Shown here: piece after piece, positions 49,277 through 58,671 of the stretch
Numbering within the stretch: the first letter of the stretch is position 1
Layout: each line of letters starts with the position of its first letter
DNA from: Trueperaceae bacterium
GTDB taxonomy: Bacteria > Deinococcota > Deinococci > Deinococcales > Trueperaceae
Reading direction: 5' to 3'
Assembly: GCA_965215565.1 (NCBI GenBank)
Contig: CBDCDZ010000004.1
Coordinates: forward strand, 128,001 to 192,000
Length of the DNA: 64,000 nucleotides
The notes under the pieces: model-generated
Told to the model about the DNA's origin: nothing
Database searches by the model: none
What the model saw: the letters and a program-made list of their open reading frames with translations, nothing else
Made by a program: the position numbers and the translations under genes

Positions 49277-49541
49277 TAGCAGGTATCATCTGGTCAGCTA
49301 CACCCTCACCAAAGAGAACATCGTTTCCTTTTGCTGCGCAAAAACTACGTAATCGGAAAACTTCGTCCCTGCGGGCTTTCAGACTGCTGCGCAGCTTTCA
49401 GAAATTAGCGCGCACTTCAAGTGATGAAATTCCGCAATGGCAGGGCGGCCTGACCGTAACGCTAGTTCTTCGAACTGAGATCTGCGGAGAAGTGTTGCTT
49501 CGCATGGCTTCACCCAAGCAACGATAAGTGGAAATGCTATA
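49277..49541 (+). mobile_element. Family A MITE-like repeat, expanded copy with nested hairpins
   Basis: tagcaggtatcatctggtcag...tagcgcgcac...gatctgcg...gataagtggaaatgctata. Confidence 0.85.
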
Positions 49542-49638
49542 TCATTCAACTTCTTTGAATGTCGCATGTTTCTGTCGCCTCTTTGGTATAGCTTACCGGG
49601 TTAAAGCGGACCATTAGAAGAACAAGAGAGTGCGCGGC

Positions 49639-49667
49639 GTAGGGACGGGTTTCAAACCCGCCCCTAC
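49639..49667. repeat. GTAG-type REP-like palindrome
   Basis: GTAGGGACGGGTTTCAAACCCGCCCCTAC. Confidence 0.6.
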
Positions 49668-49730
49668 TGCATTTGCCTCTCGACCTGGTTGAATCTGAGT
49701 CGCTTTTGTTTATCGAGAGGTCACGGCAAA

Positions 49731-49845
49731 TATAGCAAGTATCATTTGGTTTGAGCCAATCTGAGAAGGGAAAACACGCTCTAGCACGCACATTCGAGAA
49801 TGATACTTGTGTGATTCAAGCTCAGTGTTTATGTGAATTGCTATA
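49731..49845 (+). mobile_element. Family A MITE-like repeat (GCAAG subtype), close to the 4532 copy
   Basis: tatagcaagtatcatttggtttgagccaatctgagaag...aatgatacttgt...aattgctata. Confidence 0.88.
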
Positions 49846-50098
49846 TTCAAGAGGTTTTCCATAACTTTTTCAGCATGGTCCATTCGTACCAACACCCAAT
49901 CAACTGGTCTTTCTGAAACAAAAATAGTCCTACCTGAGTAGAAAATTAAGAAACAATATACGGTGCGTGAGGGATAAATGTACCACCTCTTACTTTTCTG
50001 TCCCCTTGTCTAAGGGTTTGATGAACGCACTTAGACGTCAGTGCGCACGGCAGCCCCTCTCTTTACTCGTCTATGGTGAATACAACGTGAATAATTTT

Positions 50099-51742
50099 AT
50101 GCACACTTCACCGCCCCAAACCCTCACGCAACCGGACTGGTACAAAGACGCCGTTTTGTATGAACTTTACGTACGCGCCTTCAACGATTCCAACGGCAAC
50201 GGGCACGGTGACTTGCTGGGCGTCGTCGAGAAGCTGGATTACTTAGCTGGACTCGGCGTGGACTGTTTGTGGCTCTTGCCGATTCAGCCTTCACCCCTCA
50301 AAGATGACGGCTACGATGTCTCGGACTACTACGGTATTCATCCCGACTACGGCACCTTAGATGACTTCAAAACGCTCGTGAGCGAAGCGCACGCACGCGG
50401 CATGAAGGTTATCACCGATTTGGTCATGAACCACACCAGTGACCAGCACCCGTGGTTTCTGGAGAGCCGCTCGTCTCGAGATAACCCCAAGCGCGACTGG
50501 TACGTCTGGAACGGTGACGACAAAAAGCATCCCGAGACGCGCATCATCTTCTCCGACACGGAGATTTCGAATTGGGCGTACGACGAGACGACCGACCAAT
50601 ACTACTGGCACCGCTTCTTCACCGATCAGCCCGACCTTAACTACAACAACCCCGAGGTCAGGGCGGAGATGCTCAACGTGGTGAAGTTTTGGCTCGAGCT
50701 GGGTATCGACGGCTTTCGCTTAGACGCCATCCCCTACCTCTTCGAGCGCGAAGGCACGCTGAACGAAAACCTGCAAGAGACCCACGACTTCTTACAGGAG
50801 GTCAGGGCGTTCGTAGACGAGTTTGCGCCAGGGACGCTCCTTTTAGGGGAGGTCAACCAGTGGCCCAACGACACCATTCCTTACTTTGGCAACGGTCACA
50901 ACGAGCTGAACGCGCTCTTTCACTTTCCGGTCATGCCGCGCCTCTTCAAAGCGGTAGCCGAGGAAGACCGGGGCAGCGTGGACTGGATTATGGAGCGCAC
51001 GCCGCACATCCCCGAGACGTGTAGCTGGGTGGTCTTTTTACGCAATCACGACGAACTTACCTTAGAGATGGTCACGCAAGCCGAGCGCGATTTTATGTAC
51101 CAGACGTACGCCCCAAAGCCGCGTATGAAGCTCAATTTAGGTATCCGCCGCCGCTTAGCGCCCCTACTGGACAACGATCCGCGTAAAATCAGGCTGATGA
51201 ATTCCCTGCTGATGACCCTGCCCGGCACGCCGATTCTCTACTACGGCGACGAAATCGGCATGGGCGACGATCTCTCGCTGCCCGACCGTCACGGGGTGCG
51301 TACGCCGATGCAGTGGACGGGCGAGGCGAACGCGGGCTTTAGCCAAGCGGATGAACTCTACGCGCCTATGATAGATAGAGAACCGTTCGGCTACAGATGC
51401 GTCAACGTGAACCGGCAAAAAGAGAACCCGCAGAGCCTGCTCTGCTGGACGCAGCGGCTCATCAAAACGCGCAAGCAGCACCCCGCTCTGGGGCGCGGCT
51501 ACTTCGAAATCTTACAGACGAAGAACCGGACGATTTTGCCCTTTCACAACGTCTACGAAGATGATGTGGTGATCGCTGTGCACAACCTCTCGGCGGAGAA
51601 GCAGCGCTTTGAACTCGACCTCTCGAGCTACCGAGACGCGTCTCTTAAAGATGCCCTGAGCGGACAAGAGGTCACCCTAGCAGGTGAACGGACCAGGCTC
51701 GAACTACCCCCCTACGGCGTCCAGTGGCTCGCGCTCAGTTAA
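50099..51742 (+). CDS. treS: Second trehalose synthase (stand-alone TreS, GH13)
   Basis: WYKDAV, RLDAIPY, GEVNQW, RNHDELTLE; no maltokinase domain; start moved to ATG 50099. Confidence 0.88.
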   Translation: MHTSPPQTLTQPDWYKDAVLYELYVRAFNDSNGNGHGDLLGVVEKLDYLAGLGVDCLWLLPIQPSPLKDDGYDVSDYYGIHPDYGTLDDFKTLVSEAHARGMKVITDLVMNHTSDQHPWFLESRSSRDNPKRDWYVWNGDDKKHPETRIIFSDTEISNWAYDETTDQYYWHRFFTDQPDLNYNNPEVRAEMLNVVKFWLELGIDGFRLDAIPYLFEREGTLNENLQETHDFLQEVRAFVDEFAPGTLLLGEVNQWPNDTIPYFGNGHNELNALFHFPVMPRLFKAVAEEDRGSVDWIMERTPHIPETCSWVVFLRNHDELTLEMVTQAERDFMYQTYAPKPRMKLNLGIRRRLAPLLDNDPRKIRLMNSLLMTLPGTPILYYGDEIGMGDDLSLPDRHGVRTPMQWTGEANAGFSQADELYAPMIDREPFGYRCVNVNRQKENPQSLLCWTQRLIKTRKQHPALGRGYFEILQTKNRTILPFHNVYEDDVVIAVHNLSAEKQRFELDLSSYRDASLKDALSGQEVTLAGERTRLELPPYGVQWLALS

Positions 51743-51757
51743 ACGCTAAATTCTTGC

Positions 51758-51948
51758 TAGCGGCTCTGCGCTGTACTCATAAAAATTGCCGCAGGTATCA
51801 TTATGATTTGCGCTCATCCGCGCTGCTTTCCTCTCGGCGCGTCCATGACCAGATGATACCTGCTGTATTCTATGACCAGATGATACCTGCTGTATTCTAT
51901 GACCAGATGATACCTGCTGTATTCTATGACCAGATGATACCTGCTATA
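51758..51948 (-). mobile_element. Divergent family A copy with a tandemly amplified terminus
   Basis: Internal cgcaggtatcat; terminus tgaccagatgatacctgct present four times. Confidence 0.65.
51845..51948. repeat. 27-bp tandem repeat, about 3.85 units (atgaccagatgatacctgctgtattct)
   Basis: Units start at 51845, 51872, 51899 and 51926 with no spacers. Confidence 0.92.
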
Positions 51949-51958
51949 TGATGACAGC

Positions 51959-52813
51959 ATGAGCCGAAACGTCGCAGTCGCTATCATCCACGGCATGGGT
52001 CCCAAAGAGCCCGACTTCGCCGACAACGTCATCCAGAAGCTCCACCACTACTTTCCGCAACACCTAAAAGGCTACGAGAACGCGTGCTTCGTCGCTAAAC
52101 CCGTCTACTGGGCGGAGATTCCTCACGAAAAAGAGGAGCAGGTCTGGGGGCGCGTCGAGGCGTCGGGCCCGATGAACAGCACCGATCTGCGTCGCTTCAT
52201 CTTCAACCTTGCGGGCGACACCTTAGCCTATCAACCGAGCGAAGGGCGTGAAGACCTCTATGTTAGCGTGCACAAGCAGCTTGAAGAGACCTTCGCCGAA
52301 CTCGCCCGTGAAGCAGGTGAGAACGCGCCTCTATGCATCGTCGCGCACAGCTTAGGCACCGTCGTCGCGCACAACTACCTCTTCGATATGCAAAACGGGC
52401 GCGAAGAGGTCTCGGAGTTGCCGCGCCCCGACACGCCCCTCGAGCGCGGTGACACGCTCTCCCTCTTCTGCACCTACGGCAGCCCTATCGCCATCTGGCG
52501 GCTCCGCTTCGGCGACGATTACAAAGCCATCGACTTTCCGGGCAAAGAGGTGGCAGAAACGTATCCCGATATGAACCCTAAGTGGCTCAACCTCTACGAC
52601 AAGAATGACGTGTTGGGCTATCCCATCAGCAAGCTAACAGACCGCTATGAGGAACTTTCAGAAGCGGGGTATCTGGAGGACCGCGCGACAGACGTAGGCA
52701 GCCTCTTCACGAGCTGGAACGCGATGTCACACCAGATGTACTTACACGATGACGACGCGCTAGAGGAGTTGGCGGGGTTCATCGCTGATATTTGGAAGGG
52801 CGCGTTCGGGTAA
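51959..52813 (+). CDS. Alpha/beta-hydrolase-fold-like protein
   Basis: IIHGMG oxyanion-like motif, VAHSLG nucleophile elbow, TYGSP, YDKNDVLG, SH. Confidence 0.72.
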   Translation: MSRNVAVAIIHGMGPKEPDFADNVIQKLHHYFPQHLKGYENACFVAKPVYWAEIPHEKEEQVWGRVEASGPMNSTDLRRFIFNLAGDTLAYQPSEGREDLYVSVHKQLEETFAELAREAGENAPLCIVAHSLGTVVAHNYLFDMQNGREEVSELPRPDTPLERGDTLSLFCTYGSPIAIWRLRFGDDYKAIDFPGKEVAETYPDMNPKWLNLYDKNDVLGYPISKLTDRYEELSEAGYLEDRATDVGSLFTSWNAMSHQMYLHDDDALEELAGFIADIWKGAFG

Positions 52814-52900
52814 TAGTAGCTTAGTTGAGAACTTTCCGGCTAAAGTCTCCGAACAATCTGACGTTCACCCACATATTTAGTTGAATCTGCTTGAAAAGGT

Positions 52901-53410
52901 TCACTCTGCGATAAGAATAGGAAGGGTCTTGAAATCTTCTACACCAGTGGTACAAGCAGGAACAGGGAGCAGGCAGGTTGTTCCAGTTTTAATGGTGAAC
53001 TTTAATTTAGGGTTGCCAAGTGGCGCGGTTTCAGAGACTGAAACCTCAAGCCTGATAACTTGCGAGAAATCTCTGTGTAAACCTTGATACGAACAAGTGA
53101 GCCCTGCGTATTGGCTACAATCCCAGTTTTCTTTAGAGGAAACCAAATCCAAAGTAATTTCTCTATCTCCTCCATACGGAGAATCAAAAGTAGCGTAAAA
53201 GTCGGTACGCTCTAAATCTATTGACCCTCCAAAAATCTCGATATCTGCAATCTGACTCTCACCTCTTTTAATTGTAAGAGAATCTTGTAAGAAGCTGGCT
53301 CTAACATCATAGTCACGAAAACTTAGCAGTTCACAAGATGTTAGAGCCAGCAAGATAACAGTTGACAGTCCAGCTTTGATGACTCTCGGTAAAGACGTGA
53401 ATACATTCAT
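52901..53410 (-). CDS. Hypothetical lipoprotein, AT-rich relative to its neighbours
   Basis: Lipobox ALTSC; two further Cys pairs. Confidence 0.65.
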   Translation of the reverse strand: MNVFTSLPRVIKAGLSTVILLALTSCELLSFRDYDVRASFLQDSLTIKRGESQIADIEIFGGSIDLERTDFYATFDSPYGGDREITLDLVSSKENWDCSQYAGLTCSYQGLHRDFSQVIRLEVSVSETAPLGNPKLKFTIKTGTTCLLPVPACTTGVEDFKTLPILIAE

Positions 53411-53689
53411 AAGCACTCATCCACAATCCCCTTTTAAGAAAGGAAAAGTTTTCTCCCGTGACCGCGTTTCAGGAGAAGGCAAGAGGCGTGTTGTAAGCTC
53501 GCGAAGATACTACTCATTTTTGAGCATTGTACCTTTACCCCGCGTGCCTCTCACGAAAAATCTCATAGAGGAAAATCTCTTCGCAAATCAAGAGCCAGAA
53601 CTCCGTAGTGTGCCAAAGCTATTCTCCTCTGCGGAGCGCGTCAGCCGCAAGCAAATACTTCTAAAGTTCATTTCGTTTTAGAATAGGGT

Positions 53690-54739
53690 ATGGATTGGTT
53701 ACGACGCAATTGGCCCGACCTCATCATCGGCGTCGCCCTCATCGCGGTTATCGCCGGTATCGTGGCGACGCTGCTCAGCGGCGGCTCCTTTCTCTCCTTC
53801 GGTGGACAGCGCTTAGGGGGTGATGAGGCGAACGCGCAGCAGCCCCCAGCCGTACAAGGTTCGCCGGGTGCTGAGCCGGGGCAAGACCCTACAGCGACGG
53901 ACGCGGCGGACAGTGCTCAGCAGGGGAGCGGTGTCGAGCCCGTCGCGCCTGATTTGCAGGGAGGCGAAGCGAACAGTGCACAAGTTGGCTCGGCGCAGGA
54001 GAACCCGTCCGCTGACGCACCTCAAGCTGCTGGTGTTGACGCCGCCCCGCCCTCTGAAACCGATGCGGTGCCCGCCGCAGATGAAGGTGCAGACCGAAAT
54101 GCTGCGGGTCAAGAGGCGTCACCGGAAACGGCGGACCAAGGGGCAACCGCGCCGGTAGAAGGCACCTCTTACCGTGTTTCGGTGGGCGCGTTCGCCTCGA
54201 GGGAGAGCGCTTTAAGCGTGACCGAGCGCTACAGCGCCGAAGGATTGCCCACGTTTATCGCCGCTCAAGGTGACTTGAGCCTGGCGCTCGTCGGTCCTTA
54301 TGCAACCGAGGAAGAGGCGAACCAGGTGGCGCAGCAGATTGTCGAGGACGGCGGCGAGGCGCTCGTCTACGCCTACGAACCGGAGAGTGGCGCTCCCTCC
54401 GATGAGCCGGATGTGGCAAGTGATTCGGCTTCGGCGGTGGGCGGCGCGGATGTAGCCGACGCTGCCGCGGGCTCGCCCGATGCCGCAGATTCCCCTAGCG
54501 CTGAAGGTGCGCTTGGTACTAGTGGTACCTTTTTGCAAGCGGGCGCGTTCGGCTCTTCGGAGAGCGCGCAGTTTAGGCGCGAACAGATAGAAGAACTCGG
54601 CTACGTCACTTCTGAGCGCGAAACGGGTGCGGGACTCGTTCGGCTGTTCGTCGGACCGCTCGGACCCAACGAGATCGAAGAAGCACAGGCGCAGTTGGGC
54701 GCACTCGGTATCGACAGCTTCCCGGTCTCCATCCCTTGA
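53690..54739 (+). CDS. SPOR domain cell-division/peptidoglycan-binding protein (two SPOR domains)
   Basis: MDWLRRNWPDL plus TM; low-complexity linker; YRVSVGAF...LVGPY and LQAGAF...FVGP. Confidence 0.85.
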   Translation: MDWLRRNWPDLIIGVALIAVIAGIVATLLSGGSFLSFGGQRLGGDEANAQQPPAVQGSPGAEPGQDPTATDAADSAQQGSGVEPVAPDLQGGEANSAQVGSAQENPSADAPQAAGVDAAPPSETDAVPAADEGADRNAAGQEASPETADQGATAPVEGTSYRVSVGAFASRESALSVTERYSAEGLPTFIAAQGDLSLALVGPYATEEEANQVAQQIVEDGGEALVYAYEPESGAPSDEPDVASDSASAVGGADVADAAAGSPDAADSPSAEGALGTSGTFLQAGAFGSSESAQFRREQIEELGYVTSERETGAGLVRLFVGPLGPNEIEEAQAQLGALGIDSFPVSIP

Positions 54740-54768
54740 CGTTTAGACTCACATCTCGGTGTTTGTAA

Positions 54769-54810
54769 AAGGAGAGCCGCAGCTACCGGGTTAGCTGCGG
54801 CTCTCCCTTT
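54769..54810. terminator. Bidirectional terminator
   Basis: ggagagccgcagcta pairs with tagctgcggctctcc; A/T flanks; between convergent genes. Confidence 0.75.
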
Positions 54811-54822
54811 GCTAAGTGCAAG

Positions 54823-55674
54823 CTAGCGTGCTAGGGCTGCCTGATGAGTTTCGGTGTAAGACGCTACGCGCTCGCTCAACCTCTCGCCGAGCTGTTTCGT
54901 CACCTCGCCCGCTCGCCCGTCTCCAATGATTTGTCCGTCAATCTTAGAAATAGGCATGGCTCCTTTTGTCGTGCTGGTGATGAAAACTTCTCTGGCGTTC
55001 ATGACCTCTTCTAGACTCACCCGCCGCGTCTCCACCTCTCTATCTCGCGCTAACTCTAATATCCGCTTGCGCGTGATGCCCTCTAAGATGCCCTCAGCCG
55101 GCGTGACGAGCGTGCCCTCTCGCGTCACGATGAAGACGTTTGCCCTCGAGGTCTCCGCCACCTCTCCGCCGCTGTGATAGAGCACCTCTATGGCGTTCGC
55201 CTTCTTCATCTCCGGGATGAGCCGCACGGCTGCCGCGTAGTTGATGGACTTGACCTCGGGAGCGTCGCGCACGTACTCGTGCGTGATGAGCGCCGCACCC
55301 TCTTCGAAGAGCTTGGGGTCGTAGTCCTTGCGCTCGTGCTGGAGCGCGACTAAGTTCGGCTTAGCCGGGGTGAAACCGTCGTCGGAGTAGCCGCCCGTAA
55401 GGAGCAGCCGCACGTTGGCGTCCCCTTCACCGTTCGCGTCTAAAAGCTTGAAGATAAGGTGCTCCAATTCGTTCTTAGCTATAGGAACCTCTAAACGAAG
55501 ACGTTTTGCTGAGCGGTAGAACCGCGCCAGGTAGTCCTCCAAAAAGAGGGGTACACCCTCTTTGACGCGGAAGAAGTCGAAGAGACCGTAGCCGCGTAGA
55601 AGCGCCAAGTCGCTCACGTGAAGCTGCGCCTGAGACGTCCGCACAATCTCGCCGTTGACCATCGTAAATTGCAT
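54823..55674 (-). CDS. Aminotransferase class IV (D-amino-acid/branched-chain type)
   Basis: RGYGLFD, EVKSINY PLP Lys, ETSRANVF, ILEGITR, EVFITST. Confidence 0.9.
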   Translation of the reverse strand: MQFTMVNGEIVRTSQAQLHVSDLALLRGYGLFDFFRVKEGVPLFLEDYLARFYRSAKRLRLEVPIAKNELEHLIFKLLDANGEGDANVRLLLTGGYSDDGFTPAKPNLVALQHERKDYDPKLFEEGAALITHEYVRDAPEVKSINYAAAVRLIPEMKKANAIEVLYHSGGEVAETSRANVFIVTREGTLVTPAEGILEGITRKRILELARDREVETRRVSLEEVMNAREVFITSTTKGAMPISKIDGQIIGDGRAGEVTKQLGERLSERVASYTETHQAALAR

Positions 55675-55752
55675 GATGCTCCTTTCTGCGCCTACCCCTT
55701 AGCATAGCGCAGTTCGGAAGAGGGTAGTCCGTGCCCCGCCTCATTCCATAGC

Positions 55753-55942
55753 TATACGAGGTTGCTCGACATATGCAAACTAAGCCGTGCCTGTCACGGA
55801 TGGGACGTAAACTCGGCCCAAACCTGCTCTCAGGCGAAGCCTAGCGGGACTGCTTCGCCTGAGAGCTAGACGGCGGTGGCTGAGTCGCTGAAAAGCTCTA
55901 ACGCTCTCAACAAGGACAAGTAAATCATGCAATTCCGTATTA
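55753..55942 (+). mobile_element. Family B MITE-like repeat, expanded with a nested palindrome
   Basis: tatacgaggttgc...aactaagccgtgcc...aagctctaacgc...tgcaattccgtatta. Confidence 0.75.
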
Positions 55943-56597
55943 CAACCCCTTGTTTTTCATGTTGCCTCGTTAACAAAATTCTGATGCTTCGTTTGGAATG
56001 GCTGGCTGAACCTTAAAAGTATTGCCAAGACAGCTTTTACTACGCTAGAATAACGTTGTCTGTCAAGTTTTTCACTTTAGCTTTTTGGAGGTTTCGAGAT
56101 GAGGTTTGGTGAAAGGTCACTTAGACAGTACGTGCGTGAGAACGCTCATCTTCGCGTAATTCCTTGAAGAGTCTTAGGTGAGATTTCTATTCTAATCACC
56201 TTCGAATTCACCGCGCTTACATGGAAAACTCTACTGACGAAGCATCTTGTGCGCGTCTAAGCTTCTTCAGAGTGCTTTACCGGGCGGAACGATGATGGGA
56301 GGTTCGAGGACAAGCTAAATACTCATAGCGTTTCCACCTGTTCTTGCCACAGCAAGAACAGGTGTGAGCGGATGCGAATAGAAATAAACGCTCTCAGTTG
56401 TGTAGCAGCGACTTGTGGAATTGCTATAAGTTTCAACACAGGGGGGTAGTAGGACGCCTCAGACCCGTCATTCGTCCCTTTAGGTCATAAGGGGAGCTAG
56501 TTTGAGGTCCGTCTGCTTACGAAACGCTCTCTCACAAACGTTTTGAGATGATGCTTACAGCGTATCTCATCGTAGCGTGAAGTCAAAGGATGAAACG

Positions 56598-58595
56598 ATG
56601 CCAAAACCTGCCCCCTGCACACACAAAGTATTCTTACTCCTATCCATTTATACTGCGTTCCTATGCGCCTTGTGCGCAGGAATGATTGGGGCGGCTCAGC
56701 CCGCCGTCCCTGCCCCTCAAGTGCTCGACATGAGCGCGATAGAAAGTGCGTCCGCGACGGTCGGGGTTTCTCTTGAATATCCTACGGTGATCGAATTCGG
56801 CGAGATGAGTATAGAGAGCGTCGAGGCGAGCGAGCGCGGTCAGATTCTTGCGGAGGTCGGCGGTAATACGGTGACTATCCGGGCTAACCGGGAGGAGGTT
56901 GACACCGAATTCGCCGTCAGCCTTATAGGGGGACCGACTGTGCGCTTCACCTTCGTCTCCGACCCCGGTGCCGAGGGTCCAACGCGCTACGTCGTGAGGA
57001 GTGAGCAACCTTCTGTGAGCGCGGCCGAGGAAAGCGCCGAAGCAGAGACGGTAGCAGAGGCAACACAAGCGGAGGCAGCAGAGGCAGAAGCAGAGGCGTC
57101 CGAAGTCGAGGTAGAGGAAGCACAAGCGGAGGAGGCTGAAGTAGCGGCAGAGGAAACACAGGCGGAGGAAACAGAGCCAGAGGCGTCCGAAGTCGAGGCG
57201 GTAGAGGAAGAAACACAAGCGTCGGAAACACAAGCGGAGGAAGCAGCGGAGGCAGAAGAGGCTGAAGTAGAGGCGTCTGAAGCAGAGGCAGAGGAAACAC
57301 AAGTGGAGGCAGAGGCAGAAGTGATAGCGGAGGAGGAAGCGGCAGCGGTGGCAGCAGCAGCGGCGGAGGCGCGAGCGGCGGCAGAGGCGGCGGCAGAAGC
57401 GCGAGCGGCGGCGACGGAGGCGCAAGCGGCGGCGGCGGAAATGAGCCGAGCTGATGGCAGTGGTGATCTCTTGTCACCTTTAGAGGTGGAGGCTTTGCCC
57501 CCCGAACTTGAGTTCAGAACTAGCGCCTACCAGCCTGACCCTGGGTCTATGGTGGTCCAATACGTTCTGACAAACGGTACGCAGAACTTACTCGCTCATG
57601 ACCCTCAACGCCTGCGCATCTACGCTGACGGTGAGACGGTACCTTTTGAGCAGGTGCTGCCCGCAGCAGGTCAGTCTAGGCGTCTCCCGGCTGGCGAGGT
57701 GGAATATGGTGAAATCTTCGTTCCGAATGTTTCCGCGAACGTGAGTGATTTGATACTCGAGTGGGAACTCGTCGAAATAGGACCGGGCATCACCTACCGA
57801 GCAGACAGCAATCTCATTACGTCGCTGAGCGAAGCACCTCTATTTACACCCCGTATAGCCGTCGCTGAGCAGGACGCAGCGACGCCTCCCCAAGCAACCC
57901 CTTCTCAAAGCGCCGAGCCAACGGCTGAACCTGAAGCGCCCGCGGCTGCCCCATCAGCAGCCCCGTCGGACGCGCAACCGACAACCCAAGCCGCAACGCC
58001 GAGCACCGCGGATGAGGCTGAACAGCTTCTTCCGCCCGAGATACTAGCAGAGATACGCAGGCGAGGCTCTGACATCACTGTGATAGGCGGCAGCTTCGAT
58101 GAGCCTGAAATGAACATCGCCGAGGAGGGAGCCGAAGTCACAGGCGTGTCAGAGCTTGGTACCTGGTCTCTTTACACACGCGAGAGAGCCGAAGCGGATG
58201 CCATGGTCGAGGGCGGTGAAGCGTGCATCGACGTAGGCGGTGAAAGCACACTCTTCCAGGTTCAAGATATCGGCTTTGGGTACGCGGGGTTCCCCCTCAC
58301 CAAAGGTAGGACTTACCGCCTTACCTTCGAAGCTTACGCTGACAAGCCCGTCTTCTTCCGCTCGCTCGTGGGGCTCGCCGTGTCACCCTATTCGGAGTCT
58401 TTCGCCCGAGTGGAGGCGCTCAGCACGCAGGAACAGACCTTCTTCTACACGTTCGAGGCGAGGAACGACAGCGACCTCAACCGCGTCGCTTTTCTCTTGG
58501 GCGGCAACCAAGCCTCTTCTTTCCGCATCTGCTTTGACAACATTGTGTTGTCTGAAGCAGGTGAGGTGGCGCAGAACAGGGTATCTGACGAGTAG
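56598..58595 (+). CDS. Secreted mosaic protein with an E/A-rich repeat linker and a C-terminal CBM4/9-like domain
   Basis: Signal peptide; acidic repeats at ~57020-57440; LTKGRTYRLTFEAYA...FLLGG...ICFDNIVL resembles CBM_4_9. Confidence 0.75.
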   Translation: MPKPAPCTHKVFLLLSIYTAFLCALCAGMIGAAQPAVPAPQVLDMSAIESASATVGVSLEYPTVIEFGEMSIESVEASERGQILAEVGGNTVTIRANREEVDTEFAVSLIGGPTVRFTFVSDPGAEGPTRYVVRSEQPSVSAAEESAEAETVAEATQAEAAEAEAEASEVEVEEAQAEEAEVAAEETQAEETEPEASEVEAVEEETQASETQAEEAAEAEEAEVEASEAEAEETQVEAEAEVIAEEEAAAVAAAAAEARAAAEAAAEARAAATEAQAAAAEMSRADGSGDLLSPLEVEALPPELEFRTSAYQPDPGSMVVQYVLTNGTQNLLAHDPQRLRIYADGETVPFEQVLPAAGQSRRLPAGEVEYGEIFVPNVSANVSDLILEWELVEIGPGITYRADSNLITSLSEAPLFTPRIAVAEQDAATPPQATPSQSAEPTAEPEAPAAAPSAAPSDAQPTTQAATPSTADEAEQLLPPEILAEIRRRGSDITVIGGSFDEPEMNIAEEGAEVTGVSELGTWSLYTRERAEADAMVEGGEACIDVGGESTLFQVQDIGFGYAGFPLTKGRTYRLTFEAYADKPVFFRSLVGLAVSPYSESFARVEALSTQEQTFFYTFEARNDSDLNRVAFLLGGNQASSFRICFDNIVLSEAGEVAQNRVSDE

Positions 58596-58671
58596 CGCCG
58601 AAGTCGGGCTCCGCTGTAACCCCCTTTAACGCTACGCCTCGTGGGGGAGCGCCGCCGATACATCAAACTCA

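Noticed and set aside
51845..51948. 27-bp repeats as a CRISPR array
   Set aside because: Units are head-to-tail with no unique spacers, no cas genes are present, and the unit derives from the family A terminus
56085..56430. Possible gene or ncRNA in the long intergenic region (GGAGG plus ATG near 56099; hairpin at 56335-56364)
   Set aside because: The frame closes after about 22 codons and no recognisable RNA family or protein motif was found
56661..57477. Cys/Arg/Leu-rich and Pro/Leu-rich minus-strand ORFs
   Set aside because: Antisense translations of the E/A low-complexity repeat of the plus-strand gene
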